DNA from: an uncultured Candidatus Saccharibacteria bacterium
GTDB taxonomy: Bacteria > Patescibacteriota > Minisyncoccia > Phycocordibacterales > DSPV01
NCBI GenBank assembly: GCA_964574355.1
Contig: CAZNMD010000002.1
Coordinates: 16,595-80,594, forward strand
Direction: 5' to 3'
DNA length: 64,000 bases
Part shown: in pieces, positions 27,781-36,366 of the stretch
Position numbering within the stretch: position 1 is the stretch's first letter
Layout of the letters: every line of letters starts with the position of its first letter
Program-made: the position numbers and the translations under genes
The notes under the pieces: model-generated
Database searches by the model: none
What the model saw: the letters and a program-made list of their open reading frames with translations, nothing else
Told to the model about the DNA's origin: nothing

Positions 27781-28640
27781 AAATGAAAAAAAATTTTAGT
27801 AACCTAATAAATACATTTAAAAGTTCAATTAAAACTTGGGAGTATTTTATTAATTGGAATAAGGTATTTTCTCATCGTTCAGATTTAGAGATAGTTCTCA
27901 ATAAGTTAAATTATTTACTCGGTAAGGAAAATTTAAAAGAAGAATTTGTAAAATTATATAGCTCAAACCCTGACATAATTAAAGCTCTCCCGGTTTTATT
28001 GGCGGTCCGAGAAAACAGACTCGAGGTGTTTGATAAAGTGAATAAGAGTGTAGAATTCTTTGATTTTTCTGGTAAAGAAAAAGATGCTGCTAAGTATTTT
28101 GAATTTCTAAATAAATCAGGCCTGGCGCAATTGTTTCAAAAAGATGGAATCAAAAATCTTGTTGATTATGTTGTGGGCGTAGAGGTTGGACTTGATAGTA
28201 ATGGACGAAAAAATCGAGGTGGTACTTTAATGGAAGAAATAATCAGTTCCTATCTAACTGACTTTTGCAATAAGAATGGGTATGAATGTCTTGCTCAAGC
28301 TCGACCTGGTGCTATAAAGGCTAAGTGGGGTTTTGATATTAAGATTGATAAATCAGAACGTAGTTTTGATTTTGCGATATATAACGCTAAAAATAAGAAG
28401 TTAAAGTTATTTGAGGCAAATTTTTATAATGGTGGTGGTTCAAAACTAAAAGCTGTTTGCGGTGAGTTTAAAGCTCTTTATGATGAATTAAAATCCCAAG
28501 GTATTGATTTTGTTTGGATCACTGATGGGTTAGGTTGGAATACAACAAAAAGACCTCTCGAAGAAACGTATAATCACAATGAGTATGTATTTAATTTAAA
28601 TATGCTCGAAGGGGGTGTGCTAAATGAATTGGAGTGGTAA
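27771..28640 (+). CDS. type II restriction endonuclease, DpnII/MboI family (GATC)
   Basis: Near-colinear match to my recollection of R.DpnII: NLVDYVVGVEVGLDSNGRKNRGG, FYNGGGSKL, WITDGLGWNTTKRPLEETY...FNLNMLE. 289 aa versus 288 aa. Confidence 0.8.
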   Translation: MEIKMKKNFSNLINTFKSSIKTWEYFINWNKVFSHRSDLEIVLNKLNYLLGKENLKEEFVKLYSSNPDIIKALPVLLAVRENRLEVFDKVNKSVEFFDFSGKEKDAAKYFEFLNKSGLAQLFQKDGIKNLVDYVVGVEVGLDSNGRKNRGGTLMEEIISSYLTDFCNKNGYECLAQARPGAIKAKWGFDIKIDKSERSFDFAIYNAKNKKLKLFEANFYNGGGSKLKAVCGEFKALYDELKSQGIDFVWITDGLGWNTTKRPLEETYNHNEYVFNLNMLEGGVLNELEW

Positions 28641-28646
28641 CAACCC

Positions 28647-29408
28647 ATGGCTATAGAAAAAACTACAGAGTTAACACTACATCCCGAAGAATTTGAACTG
28701 GAATGTACAACCGTCTGGGCGTTTCCTCGCCGTGGTAACTGGGCTACACATACATCAGATTGGAGAGGGAATTGGTCTCCTGAAGTGGCTCGAAATCTCA
28801 TTCTGCGATATTCCAAAGAGGGTGATGTATTGCTTGATTCAATGATTGGTGGTGGCACAACCGCGATTGAGGCGAAAATATTGAATAGAAATATTATTTA
28901 TTCTGATGTAAATCAGGCGGCACTTGAAAGAACAAAAAAAGCTCTCAATTTTAAGGTTGATAATAAGGCGTGGCAAAGAGGGTTTAAGTGGGACTCTCGG
29001 AATCTTTCTAAGATAAAAGATGAGACTATCGACTTTGTACTTACTCATCCTCCATACGTAGATATAATTAAATACAGTGAAGGAAAGCTGGTTGATGATC
29101 TATCGAACATAAGTGATATAGATGTTTTTTGTGGTGAAATGGAAAAAGTTTCGAAAGAGTTTTATCGGGTCCTAAAGCCTGGTAAATTTTGTGCAATTCT
29201 TATGGGAGATACGAGGCGAAAGAAAATGTATCAGCCGCTTGCCTATAAAGTAATGGACCGCTTTCTTAAGGCTGGACTCTTACTCAAAGAAGATATTATA
29301 AAGCGTCAATTCAACTGTAAGGCCACTGGATTCTGGGTAACTAAATCAAAAGAGTCTAATTTCTTACTCATCATGCATGAACACTTGTTCGTGTTTCAGA
29401 AGATATAA
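28647..29408 (+). CDS. second DNA methyltransferase, M2 (N6A/N4C, motif I followed by motif IV)
   Basis: LLDSMIGGGTTAIEA (FxGxG) followed ~70 aa later by THPPY; final gene of the tightly packed four-gene operon. Confidence 0.6.
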   Translation: MAIEKTTELTLHPEEFELECTTVWAFPRRGNWATHTSDWRGNWSPEVARNLILRYSKEGDVLLDSMIGGGTTAIEAKILNRNIIYSDVNQAALERTKKALNFKVDNKAWQRGFKWDSRNLSKIKDETIDFVLTHPPYVDIIKYSEGKLVDDLSNISDIDVFCGEMEKVSKEFYRVLKPGKFCAILMGDTRRKKMYQPLAYKVMDRFLKAGLLLKEDIIKRQFNCKATGFWVTKSKESNFLLIMHEHLFVFQKI

Positions 29409-29544
29409 ATTTAGTTTAGTTTAAAATAAGGTACTACAATTTAAAAAGAGGGTAGGGACCGCGAGTACGCTTTTCGACCCTTACAGGGTCAGTACCCGTT
29501 TCCGATTTGTTCAGTATCAGAATACTTCACAAATAACGGAGAAC

Positions 29545-29595
29545 GGCTTCGAATCCCACCACGCGACTGAAGCAGTTCAGTCGCTCTCTCCGCAT
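29545..29595 (+). repeat. inverted partial copy of the tRNA-Ser 3' end, interrupted by a 24-nt hairpin
   Basis: GGCTTCGAATCCCACC[ACGCGACTGAAGCAGTTCAGTCGC]TCTCTCCGCAT, versus the reverse complement of the tRNA-Ser 3' end GGGTTCGAATCCCACCCTCTCCGCA. Confidence 0.7.
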
Positions 29596-29627
29596 AAAAA
29601 ATCACCTCGCCAAAGCGAAGGATTTTT
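29596..29627 (-). terminator. terminator of tRNA-Ser
   Basis: AAAAATCACCTCGCC-aaa-GCGAAGGATTTTT; closely similar in form to the ssrA terminator. Confidence 0.6.
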
Positions 29628-29633
29628 CAAATG

Positions 29634-29722
29634 CGGAGAGGGTGGGATTCGAACCCACGGTCCAGTTTAACCCGGACAACACCTTAGCACGGTGCCGCTT
29701 TCGACCGCTCAGCCACCTCTCC
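29634..29722 (-). tRNA. tRNA-Ser with anticodon GCT (type II, long variable arm)
   Basis: GGAGAGG acceptor, D-stem GCT/AGC, anticodon loop GTGCTAA, variable arm GTCC...GGAC, T-arm GTGGG-TTCGAAT-CCCAC, 3' CCTCTCC-G. Confidence 0.8.
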
Positions 29723-29810
29723 TTATATACTGCGGTTTTCACAATTTAGCACATATAGGAAGTGCTGGCACGATATTTTTAGGATAATGCGCAAGGTTTG
29801 TTATCATTGA

Positions 29811-30992
29811 ATGATGCGAGGAGACGGGTTGTCTTATTTCTTGATAGTAGCCGCCTTTTTTGTAGGAGGTTTTTTTGTGCCGGTCAGTGCTACTCTTGCT
29901 CAAGAGGTGATGCCTGATTCAGTAACTACCATGAAAGCTCGTGTGCTTGAGGTAATCGATGAACAGGTAAAAGAGATTCCGGGCACAAACACAAAAAGTA
30001 CGTATCAAACGGTGCGCGTAGTTATTCTTGATGGTGAAGAACGGGGTATGGAAGTTACCGTAGAAAACGATTATTTGAAATTAAAGCAGGGCGAAGTCTT
30101 TTATTTGGTTCATACTGTTGGGGCGTTTGATGGCAGTAATTATTATTCTGTCTCTGAACCATACCGCATGCCGGTCATATATTTCTTTATTGCGCTCTTC
30201 ATTCTTGTGGTGTTAGTTTTCGGGGGCATACAAGGGTTGCGAGGGTTGCTTGCTTTGCTCGGTAGTTTCCTTTTTATTTTCTATTTGTTATTCCCAGGAA
30301 TTTTGGGAGGGTATTCACCCATCGCGGTTAGTATTGTTGTGTCGTCACTTATTGTTGTGCTTGGTTCGTATGTGACACATGGGTTTAACAAAACAACAAC
30401 GACTGCTGTTGTAGGTATGATTGTCACGATTTTGTTTACTGGAGCGCTTGCGTATGCAGCTGTTCATTTCGGGAGATTGAGCGGGTTTGAAAGTGATGAG
30501 GCTGTGTATTTGAACTTCGATACGGGAGGAGTGATTGATTTTTCAGGTCTATTGTTGGGCGGAATTTTGATTGGATTGCTTGGTGTATTGTATGACGCCG
30601 CGATTGGTCAATCGATTGCGGTTGAAGAACTTCATCGTGTCGCTCCACATTTACCACGGCGAATTATTTTTGCTCGAGCGGTCCGTATTGGCAGGGAGCA
30701 TATTGGAGCGTTGGTAAATACTCTCGCGATTGCCTATGTCGGAGCATCTTTGCCACTTTTATTGCTGTTTTATTCTTCAGCAACTCAGTGGAGCGTATTG
30801 GTGAATCGAGAGATTTTTGCGGCGGAAATTATGCGTACTATGATTGGCAGTATTGGTTTGGTTCTGGCGGTACCGATTACGACAGTTATTGCGGTGTGGG
30901 TATTGGTGAAGAAAAAGGAAGGAGAAAATCAGGAAGTTGTAGAAAAAGAATTAGAAACTATTGATCATATGTCGCATAGTCATCACCACTAA
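29811..30992 (+). CDS. YibE/F-family integral membrane protein
   Basis: N-terminal signal anchor plus periplasmic beta region, then ~8 transmembrane helices with Gly-rich segments; His-rich C-terminus SHSHHH. Confidence 0.55.
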   Translation: MMRGDGLSYFLIVAAFFVGGFFVPVSATLAQEVMPDSVTTMKARVLEVIDEQVKEIPGTNTKSTYQTVRVVILDGEERGMEVTVENDYLKLKQGEVFYLVHTVGAFDGSNYYSVSEPYRMPVIYFFIALFILVVLVFGGIQGLRGLLALLGSFLFIFYLLFPGILGGYSPIAVSIVVSSLIVVLGSYVTHGFNKTTTTAVVGMIVTILFTGALAYAAVHFGRLSGFESDEAVYLNFDTGGVIDFSGLLLGGILIGLLGVLYDAAIGQSIAVEELHRVAPHLPRRIIFARAVRIGREHIGALVNTLAIAYVGASLPLLLLFYSSATQWSVLVNREIFAAEIMRTMIGSIGLVLAVPITTVIAVWVLVKKKEGENQEVVEKELETIDHMSHSHHH

Positions 30993-31069
30993 TACTATGA
31001 AACTCATTTCTCTGAATGTTGAAGGTGATTAATCTTTTTTGAAAAAATAAAAAAAGAAAGGGTTAGTTG

Positions 31070-31783
31070 TTACGAAATGAGTGTTCCAATATCGCCTCCT
31101 TCAACAATTGATTTGATGTTTCCCTTGGTGAGTAAATCAAAAACGCGGATGGGAAGCGCGTGTTCGCGGGCCATAGAAATTGCTGCTCCATCCATTACCT
31201 TAATATCTTGATTTTGTAAGGCGTCGCTGTAAGAAATAGTTTTTAGTTTTTCTGCATCGGGGTATTTCACTGGGTCTTTGGTGTATACACCATCTACTTT
31301 TGTCGCTTTTAATACAAGTTCACAATCTAATTCAAGCGCAGTTGAAACGGCGGCGGTGTCGGTGGTGACGTAAGGGTTTCCGGTACCGCCAGAGACAATA
31401 ACAACTCGACCTTTTTCAAGGTGACGAATAGCTCGACGTCGAATGAAAGGCTCCGCGACGCTGTTTATTGGAATACGTGTTTGAAGGCGGGCGGGCTGTT
31501 TGTTGTGTTCGAGAACGTCAACGAGCGCCATGCCGTTCATAATTGTTGCGAGCATGCCCATGTAGTCTGCGGTCGCCCGCTCAATCATTAGTTCTTGTTT
31601 TGCGAGTGTTGCGCCGCGAATAAAGTTGCCGCCACCAACAACGATAACGATTTGTGCTTTTGTTTCGGTAACAACGTTTTGAATTTCTTTTGCTAACTCT
31701 GAAATAAAATTAAGATCAATACCGAAATTATTTTTCCCTGCAAATTGTTCCCCTGAAAGTTTAAGAAGAATTCGTTTGTTCAT
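31070..31783 (-). CDS. pyrH: UMP kinase
   Basis: ILLKLSGEQFAG ... IVIVVGGGNFIRG ... amino-acid kinase fold, 237 aa. Confidence 0.9.
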   Translation of the reverse strand: MNKRILLKLSGEQFAGKNNFGIDLNFISELAKEIQNVVTETKAQIVIVVGGGNFIRGATLAKQELMIERATADYMGMLATIMNGMALVDVLEHNKQPARLQTRIPINSVAEPFIRRRAIRHLEKGRVVIVSGGTGNPYVTTDTAAVSTALELDCELVLKATKVDGVYTKDPVKYPDAEKLKTISYSDALQNQDIKVMDGAAISMAREHALPIRVFDLLTKGNIKSIVEGGDIGTLIS

Positions 31784-31793
31784 ATGCCTTATT

Positions 31794-32867
31794 TTACCTT
31801 AAGTAGTGTTCAATATTTTTCTTATGATCTTCGTAGGTTTTTGCACAATGAGTAGTTCCTGATGTGTCGTGGAGGTAATATACGCAGTCAGTTTTTTGTG
31901 GATACAACACAGCTTTGATAGCGTCAGTACCAGGATTTGCGATGGGGCGGGGAGGAAGGCCGGTGTATTTGTAGGTGTTGTACGGAGAGTCAGTTTGTTT
32001 GTCAGCGATCGTAATTGGTGCCCAAAAACCTTGGCCGGTATTACCACGTACATATTGCAAAGTCGCGTCAATATCGAGTTTCATGTTTGAAAGAAGACGG
32101 TTCCAAATAATTCCTGCAATAAGAGGCATATCTTTTTTATCAGAGGCTTCGCGTTGGACGAGTGAGGCGATTTTTAACAGAGTGGTCCATTTTATATTTT
32201 GTGCGTTCGCTTCTTTTACAAAAGGGGCAAATTTTTCTTCGAAGTTTGCTCGCATGCGTTTTGCTACATCGTTTGTTGATTGGTCGACGGGGATCAAATA
32301 GGTGTCGGGGAAGTACACGCCTTCGGTGTGGTCAGCGTCTGGAGCGGTGTCAGCTGTAATCCAGGTTTGTTTTTCGGCAGCGCTCCAGCCGAGCGTTGTT
32401 GTTAGAATTTCGGCAATTTCTTCTTTTCGTAATCCTTCTGGAATAACAACCCATTTCATGTAGGGTTCTTTTTTTAAAACTTGGGCGATTGTCCAAGGAC
32501 TCATTGATCTTGAAATTTGATAGCCGCCCGGTTTAATTTCTTTGATTCCTTGGAGTTTTAGTACATAGGTGAAAAACAAATTTTGATTAATGGTAAGGTA
32601 GCCTTCATACATAAGAAGTTCTGTAATATTCACAGCGGATTCTATACCTAAGGGAACAATAAAGCGTTTGGTTTCAGTACTGGTCTGTCGAGCTTGAAAA
32701 ACATTTCGATACACTTCAAAACAAAAGGTAAGTAAGAGGAGGCTAAATATACCGATAATGATCCAGCGTAGAAAGTGTGATTTTTTTGGTGGGTTAATCT
32801 CTGTGTTCATAGTAGTAAGTGTATCAATATTAATGTGCCAAGGCGTACGATCGGATTTTTCGAGCAC
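31794..32867 (-). CDS. mltG: endolytic murein transglycosylase MltG (YceG-like)
   Basis: N-terminal transmembrane helix, YceG-like domain (GVYFPDTYLIPV, ...PPRPIANPG). Confidence 0.75.
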   Translation of the reverse strand: MLEKSDRTPWHINIDTLTTMNTEINPPKKSHFLRWIIIGIFSLLLLTFCFEVYRNVFQARQTSTETKRFIVPLGIESAVNITELLMYEGYLTINQNLFFTYVLKLQGIKEIKPGGYQISRSMSPWTIAQVLKKEPYMKWVVIPEGLRKEEIAEILTTTLGWSAAEKQTWITADTAPDADHTEGVYFPDTYLIPVDQSTNDVAKRMRANFEEKFAPFVKEANAQNIKWTTLLKIASLVQREASDKKDMPLIAGIIWNRLLSNMKLDIDATLQYVRGNTGQGFWAPITIADKQTDSPYNTYKYTGLPPRPIANPGTDAIKAVLYPQKTDCVYYLHDTSGTTHCAKTYEDHKKNIEHYLR

Positions 32868-33522
32868 CAGCCTGTTTTAGTGCTCGTCTGGCTTCTTTAA
32901 GAGTGGTGCCGGTGGTCACAACATCGTCGATAAGAATAATTGCCTTTCCCGAAACAAGTGCGGGATTAGCGCGAAACGCTCCGGCAAGATTTTCTATTCG
33001 TGCTGTTTTGTTTTTGAGTGCTGTTTGGCTTGGTGCATTTTTTATGCGAATCAGCGCGTGTGGTGTATGTGAAAAATTCTTTTCTTGATCGAGGGTTGCA
33101 ATCACGTGGGTAACGAGTTCTACTTGGTTATAGCCGCGGGAGCGTTGTCGGGCAGGAGAGAGGGGTATTGGGATAATGAGTGGTTTTTCAAAAGAGGAGT
33201 AGGTTCCTAGATTTGCGTTATCTTCTAGCAAAAGGTCGTATAAGGTTGTTCCTAATAAACGCGCGGCATCAGTATTTCCCCGATATTTGAGTGTATGTAT
33301 AGTGTTTCGAACAAAGTGATTTTTGTAAGAGTAGAGAACAGATACAGGTTTGGGCTCATGAAGACATGGTTCGCTATGAGTTACAAATGAGGAAGGGGTC
33401 ATGGTACGCAATTTCATCTCAAAAACGTTTTGGGGAAAAAGAAAATCAAGTAGTTCTCTGTAGAGGTTTCTTAGGTATTCTTGTATACGGAAAGGAAGAA
33501 TACTCATAGGCTCATGATACAA
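32830..33522 (-). CDS. comF: ComF-family protein (phosphoribosyltransferase-like competence protein)
   Basis: PRTase motif ILIDDVVTTGTTLKEA at the C-terminus; N-terminal part resembles ComFC. Confidence 0.6.
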   Translation of the reverse strand: MYHEPMSILPFRIQEYLRNLYRELLDFLFPQNVFEMKLRTMTPSSFVTHSEPCLHEPKPVSVLYSYKNHFVRNTIHTLKYRGNTDAARLLGTTLYDLLLEDNANLGTYSSFEKPLIIPIPLSPARQRSRGYNQVELVTHVIATLDQEKNFSHTPHALIRIKNAPSQTALKNKTARIENLAGAFRANPALVSGKAIILIDDVVTTGTTLKEARRALKQAGARKIRSYALAH

Positions 33523-33549
33523 TAAAGCCCAAATGATGGGCTGATCGAT

Positions 33550-34677
33550 ATGGATTTTTCGTTTGATAAATTAAAAAAAATCGTTACTTCGTTCCGTAGC
33601 AAAGGTGCGGCTCTTGGTATTGATATTGGGTCTTCTTCTATAAAGGTTGTTCAGCTTTCGCGAAAAAATGGGAGAGTTGTTCTTGATACGTATGGCGCAC
33701 TTGCACTTGGGCCGTATGCAGGTATTGAAATTGGTCGGGCGACAGCTCTTTCTTCGGCGAAGCTGTCCGAGGTGTTGGTAGATCTTTTTCGTGAGGCACA
33801 AGTGACCAGTAAAGAATGTGGGGTGTCTATTCCTCTCGCTTCTTCGTTGGTTACGACGATTGAAATGCCACAGATAGAAGAGAAAGATTTGGTTCAAATG
33901 GTGCCGATTGAGGCGCGAAAGTATATTCCTGTCTCAATAAATGAAGTGGCCCTTGATTGGTGGGTGGTTCCTCAGCCTGAAGATGCAACTGTTTTGGGGA
34001 ATGAGCCAAATATGAGGCCAAAGATGCTCAATATTCTCTTGGTAGTGATTTTAAATGAGGTCTTGCAACGCTATCAAGAAGTGGTGACACAATCGCAGTT
34101 GGTCTCATCTTTTTTTGAAGTTGAAATTTTTAGTACGATTCGTTCGGTTGTTGACGGTGGAGGTATGCGTCCGACAATGGTTGTTGATTTTGGTGCAGCG
34201 ACAACAAAAATTTATATTATTGAGCAAGGGGTGGTGCGTTTTTCTCACACGATAAACAAGGGTGCGCAAGATATTACTCTTGTTCTTGCGAATACATACG
34301 GTGTTTCTATTGCTGAAGCAGAAAACTTTAAACGCCGCGAAGGTCTTGATGGTGTATATGGGGGTAAATCAATCAGGGATACGGCGGATGTGGTATTACG
34401 CTACGTATTTACTGAAGCAAATAATGTTTTGCTTAATTACGAAAAACGTCACGGCAAAAGTATTGAGCGGGTGTATCTGACGGGAGGCGGTTCAACCCTT
34501 AAAGGAATATTAGAAGTAGCAAAAACAGTTTTTGAAACTGAATTATCGCTCGGAGATCCGTTTTCTAAAGTTCAAACACCGGCATTTATGGAGGCGGTCT
34601 TAGCTGAGGTTGGTCCGGAGTTTGCCGTTGCAGTAGGTATCGCGCTTCGAAAGCTTTCTGAACAAGAAGGTGAATAG
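33550..34677 (+). CDS. pilM: type IV pilus assembly protein PilM
   Basis: Actin-like ATPase fold: GIDIGSSSIKVVQL ... VVDFGAATTKIYII. Confidence 0.8.
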   Translation: MDFSFDKLKKIVTSFRSKGAALGIDIGSSSIKVVQLSRKNGRVVLDTYGALALGPYAGIEIGRATALSSAKLSEVLVDLFREAQVTSKECGVSIPLASSLVTTIEMPQIEEKDLVQMVPIEARKYIPVSINEVALDWWVVPQPEDATVLGNEPNMRPKMLNILLVVILNEVLQRYQEVVTQSQLVSSFFEVEIFSTIRSVVDGGGMRPTMVVDFGAATTKIYIIEQGVVRFSHTINKGAQDITLVLANTYGVSIAEAENFKRREGLDGVYGGKSIRDTADVVLRYVFTEANNVLLNYEKRHGKSIERVYLTGGGSTLKGILEVAKTVFETELSLGDPFSKVQTPAFMEAVLAEVGPEFAVAVGIALRKLSEQEGE

Positions 34678-34833
34678 AGCTTCCCCAAGGCGAAGCCTAG
34701 GTGTTGAGCCTATATGCCCTCCTCGGTTCGGAAATGAAAATGAGGACATGTTCATTTCGCTCACTCTACGTTGGTTATAAACAGGGGAGAGGATATAGAC
34801 CATTCAGGGTATAATAAAAAGAGTATTCACGAG

Positions 34834-35442
34834 ATGGATGCAAAGTTTTCAACGTCTTTTATTCCCAAACAGAACATGGCGAAAGCCGTGCAGCCTTTTC
34901 GTTCGTCGAGTATCAGCGTTCTTGCTATAGCGGGTATAGCTGTTTTTATTGTCGTTATTGCTCTTGGTGCTGGAATATTTTTGTACAATCAAAATCTTCG
35001 AGCTGAGTTGAAAAAGCTTGATAGTGAGATTGCTGATCGCAAGGCTTCGTTTGAGCTTGGAAAAATTGATGAGGTGAAAATTTTTAGTCGGCGGATGACT
35101 ACGGCAAAGAATCTCCTTTCGGGACACATTGCATTTACTCAGTTCTTTACCATTCTTGAGGAGAATACGATGCCAAATGTTTCTTTTAAAAACCTTTCGT
35201 ATCAAATGCTTCCTGTCGGTGCGCGTGTTCAAATGCAAGGAATTGCAGATGGTTTTTCTGCGATCGCTCTTCAATCTGATACATTTATCGCCCAACCAGA
35301 GCTTTCTGGGCATATCTTTTCTGATTTTAAATTAAAGTCGAATGGGTTTGTTGAATTTAGTTATGAAACAATAGTGGCGAAAACAGCAGTTTCTTACTCG
35401 TCACTCATCAATGCCGCGGAGGCTGAAGAAGAAATTGAATAA
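34834..35442 (+). CDS. pilN: PilN-like pilus assembly protein (start taken at the internal ATG)
   Basis: Single transmembrane helix followed by coiled coil; position after pilM. Confidence 0.5.
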   Translation: MDAKFSTSFIPKQNMAKAVQPFRSSSISVLAIAGIAVFIVVIALGAGIFLYNQNLRAELKKLDSEIADRKASFELGKIDEVKIFSRRMTTAKNLLSGHIAFTQFFTILEENTMPNVSFKNLSYQMLPVGARVQMQGIADGFSAIALQSDTFIAQPELSGHIFSDFKLKSNGFVEFSYETIVAKTAVSYSSLINAAEAEEEIE

Positions 35443-35444
35443 TT

Positions 35445-36038
35445 ATGAATCGTATCTTACCAATTATTTTGCTCGCCTCCTCCGTCTGGGTAGTTTTAGG
35501 TTTTATTAAACCGCAGTTTGCTGATATGGAGGTAACAAAAGGTTTGATTGAAGAAAGAAAACAAACATTGAATGACGCTGAACGAGTGATTGAGCGGCGA
35601 GATCAGATTATGGCTGAATATGCGTCAATTAGTGACGAACAAGTTGCTCGTCTTAACATGCTTCTCCCTGATAGGGCTGATGGGGTGCGCGGCGCGTTGG
35701 AACTTTTTGTTTTGGCTCATGCGTATGGGCTTACGATGAAAGATATAACGGTGAGTTCACAAGCTCCAACTACAAAAAAAACTTCTCCGGCTCAAGCTTC
35801 TGTTGATCCTTCGACTGTCGCTGCCGATGGATCCCCAATTCAGGCGTATAAGAGTTCACCTATCACTGTTACTTTCACAGGAGAGTACGAAGCCTTTCTT
35901 GCGTTTCTTACTGATCTTGAAAGTAGTTTACGTTTAGCAGATCTTGTTGGAGTTGTTATCGACGCCCGACCGAATGAAGAAGACAGCGAAGAGTATACCT
36001 ACGTACTTACTCTTGATTTCTATGAATACGTGATCTAA
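35445..36038 (+). CDS. pilO: PilO-like pilus assembly protein
   Basis: Single transmembrane helix plus coiled-coil protein at the conserved position in the pilMNO order. Confidence 0.45.
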   Translation: MNRILPIILLASSVWVVLGFIKPQFADMEVTKGLIEERKQTLNDAERVIERRDQIMAEYASISDEQVARLNMLLPDRADGVRGALELFVLAHAYGLTMKDITVSSQAPTTKKTSPAQASVDPSTVAADGSPIQAYKSSPITVTFTGEYEAFLAFLTDLESSLRLADLVGVVIDARPNEEDSEEYTYVLTLDFYEYVI

Positions 36039-36042
36039 ATCT

Positions 36043-36366
36043 ATGGACGCACTTAAACAAAACAAAACACTTTTAATTGTCTTCGCAGTCACTTTTATGA
36101 TTGCGGCTGTGTACTATTTTAGTCGAGGAGATACGGCAACGATTGATGGCCCTCTTGTTGAGTCAACCTATACTATTTCACCGAGCGCTTCAGAGGTGCT
36201 TGAGGCGCTTCGAATGTTGGAGAGTTTTAAATTTGACGCATCTCTCTTTTCTGATCCTGCATTTTTGTCTCTGCAGGATTTTACCGTACCTATCACTCCG
36301 CTTGATCCTGGTCGAAGGAATCCATTTGAGCCGTTACCAGGAGCGGAAGATGAGGAGGGGGAATAG
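36043..36366 (+). CDS. small pilus-assembly-associated membrane protein (PilP-like position)
   Basis: 107 aa with an N-terminal transmembrane helix. Confidence 0.35.
   Translation: MDALKQNKTLLIVFAVTFMIAAVYYFSRGDTATIDGPLVESTYTISPSASEVLEALRMLESFKFDASLFSDPAFLSLQDFTVPITPLDPGRRNPFEPLPGAEDEEGE

Noticed and set aside
29409-29545. Possible additional pseudo-tRNA between the restriction-modification operon and tRNA-Ser
   Set aside because: Hairpins are present (GACCCT-gta-AGGGTC; GGGTA...TACCC), but no cloverleaf could be assembled. More likely this is island-end or terminator structure.
25000-29700. Integrase or transposase to explain the restriction-modification island or the tRNA-end repeats
   Set aside because: No tyrosine or serine recombinase or DDE transposase motifs in any frame in this region or elsewhere in the window, so the mechanism generating the repeats is unexplained. 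No mobile_element feature is called.
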